From a virus: a DNA stretch of 40,810 nucleotides. How positions within the stretch are numbered: the stretch's first letter is position 1; the number at the start of each line of letters is the position of its first letter. The stretch is taken from the UHGV virus genome UHGV-0096231, one strand, 5' to 3'. The notes under the pieces are model-generated. The model worked only from the letters and a program-made list of their open reading frames with translations. It did not search any database and was not told the origin of the DNA. A program made the translations under genes and the position numbers. Shown here piece after piece: positions 8,913-19,995 of the stretch.

Positions 8913-10392
8913 CACCATTCCGTCGAATACGCTGGTTCCGTTGTTTTATGCGGAAATGGATAACCAGGCGGCGAATACTGCACAGGACAGCGGAGCATCG
9001 CTGCTGATTGGTCATGCCAATAACGGTGCAGAGATTGTTGCCAACAGTCTGGTACTGATGCCGTCGGCAGACTATGCACGCCAGATTTGTGGTGCGGGAA
9101 GTCAGCTGGCGCGTATGGTCGAGGCTTATCGCCAGACCGACCCGTTTGGTGAACTGTATGTGATTGCCGTTCCTGAATCCACGGGCGCGGCGGCAACAGT
9201 TACGCTGACGGTGACCGGGGCGTCAACCGAAACCGGCACGGTGAATGTTTATGTGGGACGTACCCGCGTGCAGGCACCGGTGACCAACGGCGATAACGTC
9301 GCGACGATTGCCAGCAGTATCAAAGATGCCATTAATGCCGTTCCGGCCCTGCCGTTTACGGCCTCATCTTCGGCAGGCGTGGTCACGCTGACCGCGCGTC
9401 ATAAGGGGCTTTGCGGGAATGAAATTCCTGTCAGCCTCAATTACTACGGCTTTGGTGGGGGCGAAGTGCTGCCAGCGGGCGTACAGATTGCCGTGGCGAC
9501 GGGGACCGCCGGAACGGGCGCTCCGGTTCTCACCGGCGCGGTGGCTGCAATGGCGGATGAGCCGTTTGATTATATCGGTCTGCCGTTCAACGACACGGCC
9601 TCTGTTAACACGCTGGTGACCGAGATGAACGATACCAGCGGTCGCTGGAGCTATGCGCGTCAGCTGTATGGTCATGTGTATACGGCAAAGGCCGGCACAC
9701 TGTCAGAACTGGTGAACGCAGGTGACCAGTTTAACCAGCAGCACATCACCCTGGCGGGGTACGAAAAAGAGACCCAGACGCCTGCCGACGAGCTGGCAGC
9801 CAGCCGTACCGCCCGCGCAGCGGTGTTTATCCGCAACGATCCGGCACGTCCCACGCAGACCGGTGAGATGGTGGGTATGCTGCCTGCGCCGAAGGGGAAA
9901 CGGTTCACGATGACCGAACAACAGACCCTGCTGTCTCATGGCGTGGCAACGGCGTATGTCGAAAGCGGGGTACTGCGCATTCAGCGTGATGTCACCACGT
10001 ACAGGAAAAACGCTTACGGGGTTGCGGATAACAGCTACCTCGACAGTGAGACACTGCATACCAGCGCGTATGTACTGCGCAAACTGAAATCCGTCATTAC
10101 CAGTAAGTACGGGCGTCACAAGCTTGCCAGTGACGGTACCCGCTTTGGTCCCGGTCAGGCGATTGTCACCCCGGCGGTGATCAAAGGGGAACTGCTGGCA
10201 ACCTACCGTCAGCTTGAGCGTGCGGGGATCGTGGAAAACTACGAACTGTTTAAGCAGTACCTGGTTGTGGAGCGTGATGCCAGCGATCCGAACCGCCTGA
10301 ACACGCTGTTCCCGCCTGACTATGTTAACCAGTTGCGTGTCTTTGCCGTGGTTAACCAGTTCCGTCTTCAGTATTCAGAGGAGTCTGCATAA
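8896..10392 (+). CDS. contractile tail sheath protein (Mu gpL-like)
   Basis: 498 aa. Size, Gly/Thr/Ala-rich composition and position directly before a roughly 118-aa tube gene match myovirus sheath proteins. Confidence 0.8.
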   Translation: MTISFNTIPSNTLVPLFYAEMDNQAANTAQDSGASLLIGHANNGAEIVANSLVLMPSADYARQICGAGSQLARMVEAYRQTDPFGELYVIAVPESTGAAATVTLTVTGASTETGTVNVYVGRTRVQAPVTNGDNVATIASSIKDAINAVPALPFTASSSAGVVTLTARHKGLCGNEIPVSLNYYGFGGGEVLPAGVQIAVATGTAGTGAPVLTGAVAAMADEPFDYIGLPFNDTASVNTLVTEMNDTSGRWSYARQLYGHVYTAKAGTLSELVNAGDQFNQQHITLAGYEKETQTPADELAASRTARAAVFIRNDPARPTQTGEMVGMLPAPKGKRFTMTEQQTLLSHGVATAYVESGVLRIQRDVTTYRKNAYGVADNSYLDSETLHTSAYVLRKLKSVITSKYGRHKLASDGTRFGPGQAIVTPAVIKGELLATYRQLERAGIVENYELFKQYLVVERDASDPNRLNTLFPPDYVNQLRVFAVVNQFRLQYSEESA

Positions 10393-10748
10393 TGGCCCGT
10401 ATCGGGGGAACCTGTTATTTCAAAATTGACGGTCAGCAGCTATCGCTGACCGGCGGCATTGAGGTGCCCATGAACAGGACGGTCAATGATGACATCATCG
10501 GCCTGGACGGTTCAGTGGACCGCAAGGAAACTCACCGTGCGCCCTATGTCAAAGGGACCTTCAAGGTGCCGAAGAATTTTCCGGTGAGCAAAATCACCTC
10601 GTCTGATGAGATGACCATCACTGCCGAGCTGGCGAACGGTCAGGTCTATGTACTGTCGTCTGCCTGGCTGCACGGCGAAGCGAACCATAATGCCGAAGAA
10701 GGCACGGTTGATCTTGAGTTCCACGGTGAAGAAGGGGATTACCAGTGA
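10392..10748 (+). CDS. tail tube protein (Mu gpM-like)
   Basis: 118 aa, immediately after the sheath gene with overlapping stop and start. Confidence 0.75.
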   Translation: MARIGGTCYFKIDGQQLSLTGGIEVPMNRTVNDDIIGLDGSVDRKETHRAPYVKGTFKVPKNFPVSKITSSDEMTITAELANGQVYVLSSAWLHGEANHNAEEGTVDLEFHGEEGDYQ

Positions 10749-11068
10749 TTGAGCTTGTACTTAAAAAACCGATCATCGCCCACAAAGAAACACTGCATGT
10801 GCTGGAAATACGTGAGCCTACGTATGACGAGATTGAGGCGCTGGGGTTCCCTTTCTCTGTTTCACCTGATGGTGGTATGAAAATGGACAGTCAGGTAGCG
10901 CTGAAATATATCCCGCTTCTGGCCGGGATCCCGCGCTCGTCTGCAGCGCAGATGACGAAGCTGGATATTTTCAAGGCAGGCATGATTGTAATGCGTTTTT
11001 TTACCGGCTTGGAGACGGAAGAGACCTCCGGAAGCGATTCTACAATGTCGCGTGGTTCTGGAAATTAA
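10745..11068 (+). CDS. tail assembly chaperone (short form)
   Basis: 107 aa between tube and tape measure. Contains an in-frame T_TTT_TTT slippery heptamer at 10996-11002. Confidence 0.6.
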   Translation: MIELVLKKPIIAHKETLHVLEIREPTYDEIEALGFPFSVSPDGGMKMDSQVALKYIPLLAGIPRSSAAQMTKLDIFKAGMIVMRFFTGLETEETSGSDSTMSRGSGN

Positions 11069-11160
11069 ACCCCCTTGAACTTCGCCGGACGGCTATTTCC
11101 CACTTTGCTGATCTGGAGGCAGAGGCCGTCCGTATAAATGAGGAGATGAAGCATGGCTGA
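10745..11160 (+). CDS. tail assembly chaperone, predicted -1 frameshift extended isoform
   Basis: The -1 frame from the heptamer at 10996-11002 is open for 54 codons and ends at a TGA at 11158-11160, overlapping the tape-measure start. This is the classic G/GT-type arrangement. Confidence 0.5.
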
Positions 11161-13060
11161 TAATTTTCAGCTGAAAGCCATCATCACCGCCGTTGACAGG
11201 CTGTCCGGCCCGCTTAAAGGTATGCAGCGTCAGCTTAAGGGGTTTCAGAAAGAAGTCTCCAGCCTTGCTCTGGGCGCTGCCGGGGCGGGTACTGCAATAA
11301 TGGGGGCACTGGCACTCCCTGTAAAATCAGCCATCACCCTTGAATCGAAGATGGCTGATGTCCGCAAAGTGGTAGACGGTCTGGATACGCCGGATGCGTT
11401 TAAGGCCATGACGGAGCAGGTACGTGCTTTGTCTACTGAGCTTCCCATGTCTGCAGACGGGATCGCGGAAATTGTGGCGGCTGGCGGTCAGGCCGGGATT
11501 GCACGTGATGAACTGATGCAGTTTGCCACTGATGCGGTGAAGATGGGCGTGGCCTTTGATACCACGGCTGAAGAGTCCGGGCAGATGATGGCCCAGTGGC
11601 GTACTGCGTTTAATATGACGCAGGATGAAGTGGCCGGGCTGGCTGACAAAATCAACTACCTTGGTAATACCGGCCCGGCGAATGCGAAGAAAATCTCCGA
11701 TATTGTTACGCGTATTGGTCCTTTAGGTGGTGTTGCAGGTGTGGCTTCCGGCGAAATCGCGGCAATGGGGGCAACCATTGCCGGGATGGGCGTGGAGTCA
11801 GAAATTGCCGCCACAGGGATCAAGAACTTCATGCTTTCCCTGACCGCGGGAAATTCCGCGACAAAATCGCAGAAACAGGCATTACGTTTTCTGCGGATCA
11901 ATCCGAAGAAATTAGCTGCTGATATGCAGAAAGATGCCCGGGGAACCATGCTGTCTGTACTGGATGCGATGGCTAAAGTGCCCAAAGAAAAACAGGCAGC
12001 TGTGCTGAATGCCCTGTTCGGGAAAGAGTCTCTGGGCGCGATAGCACCTCTGCTGACTAACCTTGATTTGTTGCGTACCAACTTCAGGCGGGTTGCGGAT
12101 TCCCAGCAGTATGGCAGTTCGATGCAGAAGGAATATGCTTCGAGGGCAGCGACGACGGAAAACCAGCTTTTACTTCTGCAAAATCAACTTGATGCCATTT
12201 CTTCCACGCTGGGGGAAACGTTTCTTCCTGAGGTTAATGATGGTCTTGAAGCGGTAAAACCGCTCCTTGAGGAAGTGAGAACGTTTGTCCGTGAAAACCC
12301 GGAGCTCGTTAAGACCATTGCTAAAATCGGTCTGGCCTTACTGACGGTGGGAGCCGCTGCAGGCTCTTTGTCCAGAATTATGAAAGTTCTCGGCGGTGTG
12401 ATGAATATGACGCCTGCTAAGGGGCTGATTGCTCTTCTGGTTGGTGGCGCTTACCTCATTATTGATAACTGGGAAACCGTAGGTCCTGTCATAAAAAAAG
12501 TCTGGCACGTGGTGGATGAAACGGCGCAGGCGATGGGGGGATGGGAAACTGTTCTGAAAGCGATTGCCCTGTTTATGGCAACCAAATGGGTTGCTGACGT
12601 TACCAAATCCATTACCGCAGTGACCAGAGAGATGCGTACGCTGGGGAAGGTATCGGCAGAAACGGGATTGATGGGGAAAGGCCGCGGCTTTATCGGGAAG
12701 GCCGGGGTATATGGTTTTCTGGGAACCCTGATGTATGAGCCGGTTAAAGATACTCTGGAAAGTGTTGTTCCTGAAGATACGGTTAACTGGCTGGATAATA
12801 AAGGGCTGTTTCTGGCTTCAGACTGGACGCCTTTTTTTGATCGTAAAGAGTACGAGCAGTATCAGGCCAGCCTGAGTCAGTACAAACCCAATGTTCCGCT
12901 GTTGAATCCATCTCCTTCCATGACACAGCACAGCGAGCTGAAAGTCACGTTCGAGAATGCTCCGCCAGGTATGAAGATAATTGATGTACCGGGCAAAGCC
13001 GATCCCCTGATGAAAATCACGCACGATGTGGGGTATTCCCCTTTTCGTTTTCCACGATAA
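11153..13060 (+). CDS. tail tape measure protein
   Basis: 635 aa. Ala/Gly-rich with hydrophobic central segments. Follows the chaperone frameshift pair. Confidence 0.8.
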   Translation: MADNFQLKAIITAVDRLSGPLKGMQRQLKGFQKEVSSLALGAAGAGTAIMGALALPVKSAITLESKMADVRKVVDGLDTPDAFKAMTEQVRALSTELPMSADGIAEIVAAGGQAGIARDELMQFATDAVKMGVAFDTTAEESGQMMAQWRTAFNMTQDEVAGLADKINYLGNTGPANAKKISDIVTRIGPLGGVAGVASGEIAAMGATIAGMGVESEIAATGIKNFMLSLTAGNSATKSQKQALRFLRINPKKLAADMQKDARGTMLSVLDAMAKVPKEKQAAVLNALFGKESLGAIAPLLTNLDLLRTNFRRVADSQQYGSSMQKEYASRAATTENQLLLLQNQLDAISSTLGETFLPEVNDGLEAVKPLLEEVRTFVRENPELVKTIAKIGLALLTVGAAAGSLSRIMKVLGGVMNMTPAKGLIALLVGGAYLIIDNWETVGPVIKKVWHVVDETAQAMGGWETVLKAIALFMATKWVADVTKSITAVTREMRTLGKVSAETGLMGKGRGFIGKAGVYGFLGTLMYEPVKDTLESVVPEDTVNWLDNKGLFLASDWTPFFDRKEYEQYQASLSQYKPNVPLLNPSPSMTQHSELKVTFENAPPGMKIIDVPGKADPLMKITHDVGYSPFRFPR

Positions 13061-13084
13061 CGCAGTCCTTTTTGAGGTCAGTCT

Positions 13085-14461
13085 ATGGATTTATCCTCAT
13101 TTCCCACCCGACCTTCATTACTTTCGTCGTCTTCAGGCTGGCGTGACAGACTTCAGGACGCGTCATTTCGCGGCGTGCCGTTTAAGGTTGAAGAAGAAAG
13201 TGCGGGAACCGGTCGCCGTGTGGAAACACATGAATACCCGAACCGCGACAAGCCCTATACCGAAGATCTGGGAAAAATCACTTTCCGCCCGTCCATCACA
13301 GCTTATGTGGTGGGAGATGACTGCTTTGACCAGCGCGATCGCCTGATTGAAGCGCTGAATAAACCCGGTCCCGGCACGCTTGTCCACCCGACATATGGTG
13401 AGCTGAAAGTCTGTGTTGACGGGGAAGTTCGGGTCAGCACATCGAAAAGTGAAGGGCGTATTGTCCGCTTTGACCTGAAGTTTGTCGAAGCAGGAGAACT
13501 CTCTTACCCCACATCAGGTGCGGCGACGGCGCAGACGCTGATGTCATCCTGTTCTGCACTGGATGACTGCATCAGTGACAGCTTCAGCGGTTTCAGTATC
13601 GATGGTGTGGCGGATTTCGTGCAGAACGACGTTATCGGTAATGCCAGCATAATGCTGGGGTATGTTTCTGATGCGATGAAAGTGGTGGATTCTGTCGTAT
13701 CGGATGCCGCCAGGCTGTTGCAGGGGGATATCTCGGTACTTCTGCCGCCGCCATCGTCAGGCAAAAATTTCGTTGAGCAGGTGCAGAAAATGTGGCGTAC
13801 CGGGAAACGCCTTTATGGTAACGCCAGCGACCTGGTCACCATGATCAAAACGCTTTCCGGTGTCAGCCTCGGCAGCGATCTGCAACCGCGCGGCGTCTGG
13901 AAAACGGACAGTAAAACCACCGCCACGGCGACGCAGCAGCGTAACGTGGTTGCCAGCACCCTTCGTACGACCGCAATCAGCGAAGCGGCGTATGCCGTCA
14001 CCCGATTGCCTGCGCCAACAACTTCCGCGGTGATGCAGAATTCCGCAGTGGGGCAGGCAACAACACCCGCGCAGAGCACTGGCTGGCCTTCCGTCACGCA
14101 TCCGGCACTGAACAATGCACCGGCGGTGAAAAACACGGTTGACCTGCCGACGTGGGAAGAACTGACTGACATTCGCGACACACTGAATACGGCAATTGAT
14201 AAGGAGTTGTCCCGTACAACCAGCGATGCGCTGTTTCTGGCGCTGCGCCGGGTGAAAGCAGATCTGAATGCGGATATCAACACGCGCCTTGAACAGTCTG
14301 CACGGATCATTCAGCGCACACCGGATGAGATTTTACCCGCGCTGGTGCTGGCGGCGACCTGGTTTGATAACGCGGCGCGTGACGCGGACATTATCCGGCG
14401 TAATGCCATTACGCATCCCGGCTTTGTGCCGGTGATCCCTCTGAAGGTGCCAGTGCAATGA
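13085..14461 (+). CDS. DNA circulation protein (Mu gpN-like)
   Basis: 458 aa. N-terminal FRGVPF...GRRVETHEYPNRDKPYTEDLG...GPGTLVHPTYG matches the DNA-circulation N-domain pattern. Confidence 0.65.
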   Translation: MDLSSFPTRPSLLSSSSGWRDRLQDASFRGVPFKVEEESAGTGRRVETHEYPNRDKPYTEDLGKITFRPSITAYVVGDDCFDQRDRLIEALNKPGPGTLVHPTYGELKVCVDGEVRVSTSKSEGRIVRFDLKFVEAGELSYPTSGAATAQTLMSSCSALDDCISDSFSGFSIDGVADFVQNDVIGNASIMLGYVSDAMKVVDSVVSDAARLLQGDISVLLPPPSSGKNFVEQVQKMWRTGKRLYGNASDLVTMIKTLSGVSLGSDLQPRGVWKTDSKTTATATQQRNVVASTLRTTAISEAAYAVTRLPAPTTSAVMQNSAVGQATTPAQSTGWPSVTHPALNNAPAVKNTVDLPTWEELTDIRDTLNTAIDKELSRTTSDALFLALRRVKADLNADINTRLEQSARIIQRTPDEILPALVLAATWFDNAARDADIIRRNAITHPGFVPVIPLKVPVQ

Positions 14462-15537
14462 ACGACAATGTCACGCTACGGGTAAATGGCCGGGAGTGGA
14501 ATGGCTGGACATCGGTGCGCATCGGTGCCGGTATTGAACGGCTGGCGCGGGATTTCAGTGTGGAGATCACTCGCCAGTGGCCGGGAGATGAGGGTATCAC
14601 CACGCTTCAGCCGCGCATTAAAAACGGTTCAAAAGTGGAAGTGCTGATTGGTGATGAGCTGGTGATCACCGGCTGGGTGGAGGCGACTCCCGTTCGTTAC
14701 GATGCCCGTTCGGTCAGCACCGGTATTGCCGGACGTAGTCTGACGGCTGACCTGATTGACTGTGCAGCCGAACCGACACAGTTTAACGGACGCTCGCTGG
14801 TGCAGATTGCGCAGGCGCTTGCTGTGCCTTTCGGCATTGAGGTGGTGAACAGCGGTGCGCCGTCGGGTGTTATTCCTGATGTTCAGCCTGATCACGGTGA
14901 AACGGTGATTGAGGTAATCAACAAAATACTCGGTCAGCAGCAGGCACTGGCTTACGACGACCCGCACGGCAGGCTGGTGATTGGCGGTATTGGCTCAACG
15001 CGGGCACATACTGCGCTGGTACTCGGGGAAAACATCCTTTCCTGCGATACGGAGAAGAGTATCCGGGAGCGGTTTTCTGTTTACCAGGTGGCGGGGCAGC
15101 GTGCCGGAAACGACGATGATTTCGGTGAGGCCACAACCACCGCGCTGCGGGCCCGCACAGAGGACGCATTTATTGCCCGTTACCGTCCGATGTATATCAG
15201 GCAGACAGGGCAGGCTACGGGGGCAGGCTGTATTGCCCGAGCGGACTTTGAAGCCAGACAACGGGCGGCGCGGACGGATGAAACCACCTATGTGGTGCAG
15301 GGGTGGCGACAGGGTAACGGTACGCTGTGGCAGCCCAACCAGCGGGTGATTGTCTTTGATCCGGTCTGTGGTTTCGACAATACCGAACTGCTTGTTTCGG
15401 AAGTCACGTTTACTCAGGACCAGAACGGCACCCTGACAGAAATCCGTGTCGGCCCACCTGATGCTTATCTGCCTGAACCCGAAGCCCCCGGCGCGCGGAA
15501 AAAGAAAAGAGCCAGAGTACAGGAGGACCCGTTCTGA
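14458..15537 (+). CDS. baseplate hub / tail protein (Mu gpP-like)
   Basis: 359 aa, ATGA-coupled, in canonical Mu tail gene order. Confidence 0.6.
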   Translation: MNDNVTLRVNGREWNGWTSVRIGAGIERLARDFSVEITRQWPGDEGITTLQPRIKNGSKVEVLIGDELVITGWVEATPVRYDARSVSTGIAGRSLTADLIDCAAEPTQFNGRSLVQIAQALAVPFGIEVVNSGAPSGVIPDVQPDHGETVIEVINKILGQQQALAYDDPHGRLVIGGIGSTRAHTALVLGENILSCDTEKSIRERFSVYQVAGQRAGNDDDFGEATTTALRARTEDAFIARYRPMYIRQTGQATGAGCIARADFEARQRAARTDETTYVVQGWRQGNGTLWQPNQRVIVFDPVCGFDNTELLVSEVTFTQDQNGTLTEIRVGPPDAYLPEPEAPGARKKKRARVQEDPF

Positions 15538-16085
15538 TGAGGACGATTGAAGCCATGCAGCGACAACTCCTCGGCCTGATTGCGCGGGCAGTGGTGAAAA
15601 GCATCAGTGCCGCCACGAAATGTCAGACCGTGGATGTGTCCCTGATTGCCGGTGAACCCAAAGCCGGGGTTGAACATCTTGAACCCTACGGTTTTACCGC
15701 AAGGGCAAACAGCGGCGCGGAAGCGGTGGTGTTGTTTCCGGATGGCGACCGTTCTCATGCGGTGGTTGTTACGGTGTCGGACCGGCGCTACCGCCTGAAA
15801 GGGCTGCAGACGGGTGAGGTGGCTGTCTATGACGATCAGGGGCAGTCCGTGACGCTGACCCGGGAGGGGATCGTGGTGGACGGTGCAGGTAAAACGATCA
15901 CGTTTCGCAATTCACCTAAAGCACGTTTTGAAATGGACCTGGAAGTGACAGGACAGGTGAAAGACCTGTGCGACTCCGGCGGCACCACCATGTCAGCGAT
16001 GCGGCTTGCCTATAACGGGCATCGTCACAGAGAGAACGGTCAGGGCAGTAACACCGACAAACCTGATAAAGCGATGGAGGCATGA
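15537..16085 (+). CDS. baseplate assembly protein V / spike (Mu gp45-like)
   Basis: 182 aa, in the position and size expected for a gpV-like spike protein. Confidence 0.6.
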   Translation: MRTIEAMQRQLLGLIARAVVKSISAATKCQTVDVSLIAGEPKAGVEHLEPYGFTARANSGAEAVVLFPDGDRSHAVVVTVSDRRYRLKGLQTGEVAVYDDQGQSVTLTREGIVVDGAGKTITFRNSPKARFEMDLEVTGQVKDLCDSGGTTMSAMRLAYNGHRHRENGQGSNTDKPDKAMEA

Positions 16086-16510
16086 TGGAACTGTGGCTGA
16101 CGGTGAACGGTAAACGCACCTGCGCCAGCGCACCGCTGGATCCGCTGACCCGCGCCGTGGTGATTTCCCTGTTTACCTGGCGGCGGGCGGAGCCTGATGA
16201 CAACGCCGACGTCCCGATGGGATGGTGGGGGGATACCTGGCCTGCGGTACAGAATGACCGTTACGGCTCCCGACTGTGGCTGCTTCAGCGCAGCAAACTG
16301 ACCAATCAGCTGGTGCAGACGGTAAGGGGGTATATCCACGAATGCCTGCAATGGATGATTGATGACGGCGTGGTGTCCCGTATTGATCTGGATATCCGCC
16401 GCACCGGGATTAATGAACTGGGTAACAGTATCACTCTCTGGCGTCGTGACGGACCGGTAATGATTTCTTTTGATGATCTGTGGAGTGCGATAACGCATGG
16501 CGGACAGTGA
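16082..16510 (+). CDS. baseplate protein (Mu gp46-like)
   Basis: 142 aa, ATGA-coupled, assigned by gene order. Confidence 0.55.
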   Translation: MMELWLTVNGKRTCASAPLDPLTRAVVISLFTWRRAEPDDNADVPMGWWGDTWPAVQNDRYGSRLWLLQRSKLTNQLVQTVRGYIHECLQWMIDDGVVSRIDLDIRRTGINELGNSITLWRRDGPVMISFDDLWSAITHGGQ

Positions 16511-17555
16511 ATTTCAGCGCCCGACGCTGGCAGAAAATATCAGTATGCTCCGTAACGATTTATTCGCCAGGCTGGACGTCAGCGACACGCTCCGGCGCAT
16601 GGATGAAGACGTGCGGGCAAAGGTGTATGCGGCGTCGCTGCATACGGTTTACGGGTACATCGATTATCTGGCAATGAATATGCTGCCTGACCTGTGCGAT
16701 GAGTCCTGGCTGGCGCGACATGCTGCGATGAAACGGTGCCCGCGCAAGGGGGCCACGGCTGCCAGTGGGTATATGCGCTGGGAAGGTGTCAGCGATGGCC
16801 TGAAGGTGACTGCCGGGAGCGTGATTCAGCGCGATGACCTGGTTCAGTACACGGCAACTGCCGATGCAACCAGCTCCGGTGGTGTCCTGCGTGTGCCGAT
16901 CACTTGCTCAACTACAGGCGCGGTCGGTAACGCTGACGACGGTACGGCATTAATCCTGGTCACGCCGGTGAATGGTCTGCCGTCTTCCGGTGTGGCTGAC
17001 ACCCTGACAGGCGGATTTGATACTGAAGAGCTGGAAACGTGGCGCGCCCGCGTCATTGAGCGGTATTACTGGACGCCTCAGGGCGGGGCTGACGGGGACT
17101 ATGTCGTCTGGGCTAAAGAAGTGCCCGGCATTACCCGCGCATGGACATACCGACACTGGATGGGAACGGGGACTGTCGGTGTGATGATTGCCAGCAGTGA
17201 CCTGATTAATCCCATTCCGGAAGAGTCAACGGAAACGGCGGCAAGACAACATATCGGGCCACTGGCCCCGGTGGCAGGCTCTGATTTGTATGTATTCAGG
17301 CCGGTGGCGCATAAAGTGGATTTTCATATCCGCGTGACGCCGGACACACCGGAAATACGGGCTGCCATCACCGCCGAGTTGCGTTCGTTCCTGCTGCGTG
17401 ATGGTTATCCGCAGGGAGAACTGAAGGTGTCACGTATCAGTGAAGCGATTTCCGGTGCGAACGGGGAATACAGCCATCAGTTGCTTGCACCGGCGGACAA
17501 TATCTCCATTGCAAAAAATGAACTGGCGGTTCTGGGGACGATTTCATGGACGTGA
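16497..17555 (+). CDS. baseplate J-like protein (Mu gp47-like)
   Basis: 352 aa, assigned by gene order and size. Confidence 0.65.
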   Translation: MADSEFQRPTLAENISMLRNDLFARLDVSDTLRRMDEDVRAKVYAASLHTVYGYIDYLAMNMLPDLCDESWLARHAAMKRCPRKGATAASGYMRWEGVSDGLKVTAGSVIQRDDLVQYTATADATSSGGVLRVPITCSTTGAVGNADDGTALILVTPVNGLPSSGVADTLTGGFDTEELETWRARVIERYYWTPQGGADGDYVVWAKEVPGITRAWTYRHWMGTGTVGVMIASSDLINPIPEESTETAARQHIGPLAPVAGSDLYVFRPVAHKVDFHIRVTPDTPEIRAAITAELRSFLLRDGYPQGELKVSRISEAISGANGEYSHQLLAPADNISIAKNELAVLGTISWT

Positions 17556-18130
17556 CAAACGATGATTACATCCGTCTGTTGTCGGCACTGCTGCCGCCCG
17601 GTCCGGCGTGGTCAGCCAGCGATCCGGCGATTGCTGGTGCGGCACCGTCATTAACCCGTGTTCATCAGCGTGCGGATGCCCTGATGCGGGAGCTGGATCC
17701 GCGCACCACCACTGAACTGATAAACCGTTGGGAGCGTCTGTGCGGTCTGCCGGATGAATGTATTCCCGCAGGGACACAGACCCTTCGCCAGCGTCAGCAA
17801 CGGCTGGATGCGAAGGTTAATCTGGCGGGCGGCATCAATGAGGATTTTTACCTTGCACAGCTTGCTGCCCTGGGCAGACCAGACGCCACTATCACGCGAT
17901 ACGACAAAAGCACGTTCACCTGCTCATCGGCCTGTACTGACGCGGTGAATGCGCCGGAATGGCGGTATTACTGGCAGGTCAACATGCCAGCCGCCACCAA
18001 CACCACCTGGATGACATGTGGCGATCCCTGTGATTCCGCACTGCGTATCTGGGGCGACACCGTTGTCGAGTGCGTGCTTAACAAACTCTGCCCTTCGCAT
18101 ACCTACGTAATTTTTAAATATCCGGAGTAA
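17546..18130 (+). CDS. tail protein (Mu gp48 / YmfQ-like)
   Basis: 194 aa, the same length and position as ymfQ of e14, immediately before the tail fibre gene. Confidence 0.65.
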   Translation: MDVTNDDYIRLLSALLPPGPAWSASDPAIAGAAPSLTRVHQRADALMRELDPRTTTELINRWERLCGLPDECIPAGTQTLRQRQQRLDAKVNLAGGINEDFYLAQLAALGRPDATITRYDKSTFTCSSACTDAVNAPEWRYYWQVNMPAATNTTWMTCGDPCDSALRIWGDTVVECVLNKLCPSHTYVIFKYPE

Positions 18131-18133
18131 TCC

Positions 18134-18892
18134 ATGCATCGTATAGACACGAAAACCGCGCAGAAGGATAAGTTCGGCGCGGGTAAAAACGGTTTTACCC
18201 GTGGTAACCCCAAGACCGGCACACCTGCCACCGATCTGGATGATGACTACTTTGATATGTTGCAGGAAGAACTCTGCAGCGTGGTGGAGGCATCCGGTGC
18301 CAGCCTGGAGAAGGGGCGGCACGATCAGTTGCTTACCGCACTTCGCGCGCTGCTGTTAAGCCGCAAGAATCCGTTTGGCGATATCAAATCGGATGGCACT
18401 GTGCAAACGGCTCTCGAAAACCTTGGTTTGGGCGAAACGATAAATAAAGCCTCCGGAGCTATGCAGAAATCGGCTAATGGAGCTGATATTTCTGATGTAT
18501 CAGCCTTCCGAAATGCGCTCCAGTTAGGGACCGCCGCAACACGAGATGTTGGAGCAGATAATGCCTCGAAGTTACTGGGTTTAGACAGCTTCAGGTCAAT
18601 GATGTCAGGGAATGGCTACATCTACATTCCATGCATTGCGACGACAGGAAACCCGGTGAAACTTATGTTGCAGTGGGGAACGGTGGCAACACAAAAGGGA
18701 GCTGATGCTGGATATGCCTTACCATTTGCTTTTCCCTATGCAGGCTTATTTGCGACCGGAAACCGTGGAACATCTGGCTACAATGCCGCGATGAATGTGC
18801 GTATTGCCAGCAGAACGCATATCAGTATTCAGAACTGGTCGCCATCCGGAGAGGGCACCGAAGATTGTTGTTTTATCGCGCTGGGGTATTAA
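18134..18892 (+). CDS. side tail fibre protein (StfP-like)
   Basis: 252 aa. The C-terminal part (RDVG...ALGY) resembles the inverted alternative segment at 19522..19995, indicating a switchable distal domain. Confidence 0.65.
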   Translation: MHRIDTKTAQKDKFGAGKNGFTRGNPKTGTPATDLDDDYFDMLQEELCSVVEASGASLEKGRHDQLLTALRALLLSRKNPFGDIKSDGTVQTALENLGLGETINKASGAMQKSANGADISDVSAFRNALQLGTAATRDVGADNASKLLGLDSFRSMMSGNGYIYIPCIATTGNPVKLMLQWGTVATQKGADAGYALPFAFPYAGLFATGNRGTSGYNAAMNVRIASRTHISIQNWSPSGEGTEDCCFIALGY

Positions 18893-18894
18893 GA

Positions 18895-19305
18895 ATGAAT
18901 AAATTTTATAAAGGCTCTTTCTATCCGAAAGCACTAAAAGAGGTATATATCAGCGCCGGTTCATGGCCTGAAAATGGCGTTGATGTTGATGATGAAACAA
19001 TGGCAATTTACACAGGCGTAGCGCCACAAGGCAAAACGCTGGGGGCTGATAAAAATGGTAATCCTGCGTGGATTGATATCCCGCCACTCTCCGCTGAACA
19101 ACAGATTATTCAGGCTGAACAGAAAAGAACGGTATTGCGTTCTATGGCTGATAAGGAAATAGCCTGGAGACAGGATGCTTTTGATGCGGAAATCGCGACG
19201 GCAGAAGAAACCGCCGCGTTATCTGAATGGAAAAAATACCGGGTCCTGCTGATGCGCGTTGATACAGCAAAACCCGTATGGCCTGTCAATCCGCAGGATA
19301 TTTAA
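18895..19305 (+). CDS. tail fibre assembly protein (TfaP-like)
   Basis: Start placed at the ATG at 18895, immediately after the stf stop. About 136 aa. N-terminal NKFYKGSFYP is a typical Tfa start. Confidence 0.65.
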   Translation: MNKFYKGSFYPKALKEVYISAGSWPENGVDVDDETMAIYTGVAPQGKTLGADKNGNPAWIDIPPLSAEQQIIQAEQKRTVLRSMADKEIAWRQDAFDAEIATAEETAALSEWKKYRVLLMRVDTAKPVWPVNPQDI

Positions 19306-19519
19306 CGGGGGCGTTGTAGGTGGTGACATATTCAAGCAGTTCTGTTGGATATGTCACCGTTGCTGCATCTCGCTCTACGTTAAATGTATCCGCTCCCCAG
19401 ATAACACACTCCCTCAAAAATGCCTCCACCTCTGGCGAGACTTCAACCGCATCATCAGGTCGCTCTTGTTCAGAAACATAAAAACCAACGGTCGTTGGGC
19501 TGAAATAGATATTCTCCAT
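19286..19519 (-). CDS. tail fibre assembly protein, alternative (TfaE-like, short)
   Basis: 77 aa on the opposite strand, convergent with the tfaP-like gene. N-terminus MENIYFSPTTVGFYVSE is Tfa-like. Confidence 0.5.
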   Translation of the reverse strand: MENIYFSPTTVGFYVSEQERPDDAVEVSPEVEAFLRECVIWGADTFNVERDAATVTYPTELLEYVTTYNAPVKYPAD

Positions 19520-19521
19520 AT

Positions 19522-19995
19522 TTAGTATCCTATTGCTTCAAAATGCAGTGTCGGTGTTTCGCCGAGATTGGGTGTCGTATACGCCACAGTGAATCGCGTT
19601 CTTGATACGTCAGTGCCAGAATCAGTATCGCGATGCGTTGCCAGTGATTTTCCGGCCATTGTTGCCTGGGTCGAATAGCTGTAACTCGCTAGTGTTGCCA
19701 GCGTTGCTATTTGTGCATTTGGGAATTGTCTGGGGAAATTAACCCTGTAGTAATGGGTGTAGTACGTCACCCCACCAAGCACCTGCGCGTTGAAGTTACC
19801 AACTGGTGTCAGTGTCACAGTGCCAGCCTGTCGAATCATACCATTTGGGAGAATATCCCAGGCAGTTTGTCCGTTTCGCGACATACCAAATGCGGACATG
19901 TCCGGGAGTTGATTATTACCGGTTCCGACATCCCGTTTTGCCGCTTCTCCCAATTGAACGTTTATGAAAATGCAGAAATAGCGCGCAAATGGCAT
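19522..19995 (-). CDS. alternative tail fibre distal segment (StfE-like), inverted orientation
   Basis: 157-aa ORF on the minus strand ending in AIGY, matching the ALGY end of the plus-strand fibre, with a similar RDVG region. It lacks an N-terminal constant part of its own and would be expressed only after inversion. Confidence 0.6.
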   Translation of the reverse strand: MPFARYFCIFINVQLGEAAKRDVGTGNNQLPDMSAFGMSRNGQTAWDILPNGMIRQAGTVTLTPVGNFNAQVLGGVTYYTHYYRVNFPRQFPNAQIATLATLASYSYSTQATMAGKSLATHRDTDSGTDVSRTRFTVAYTTPNLGETPTLHFEAIGY

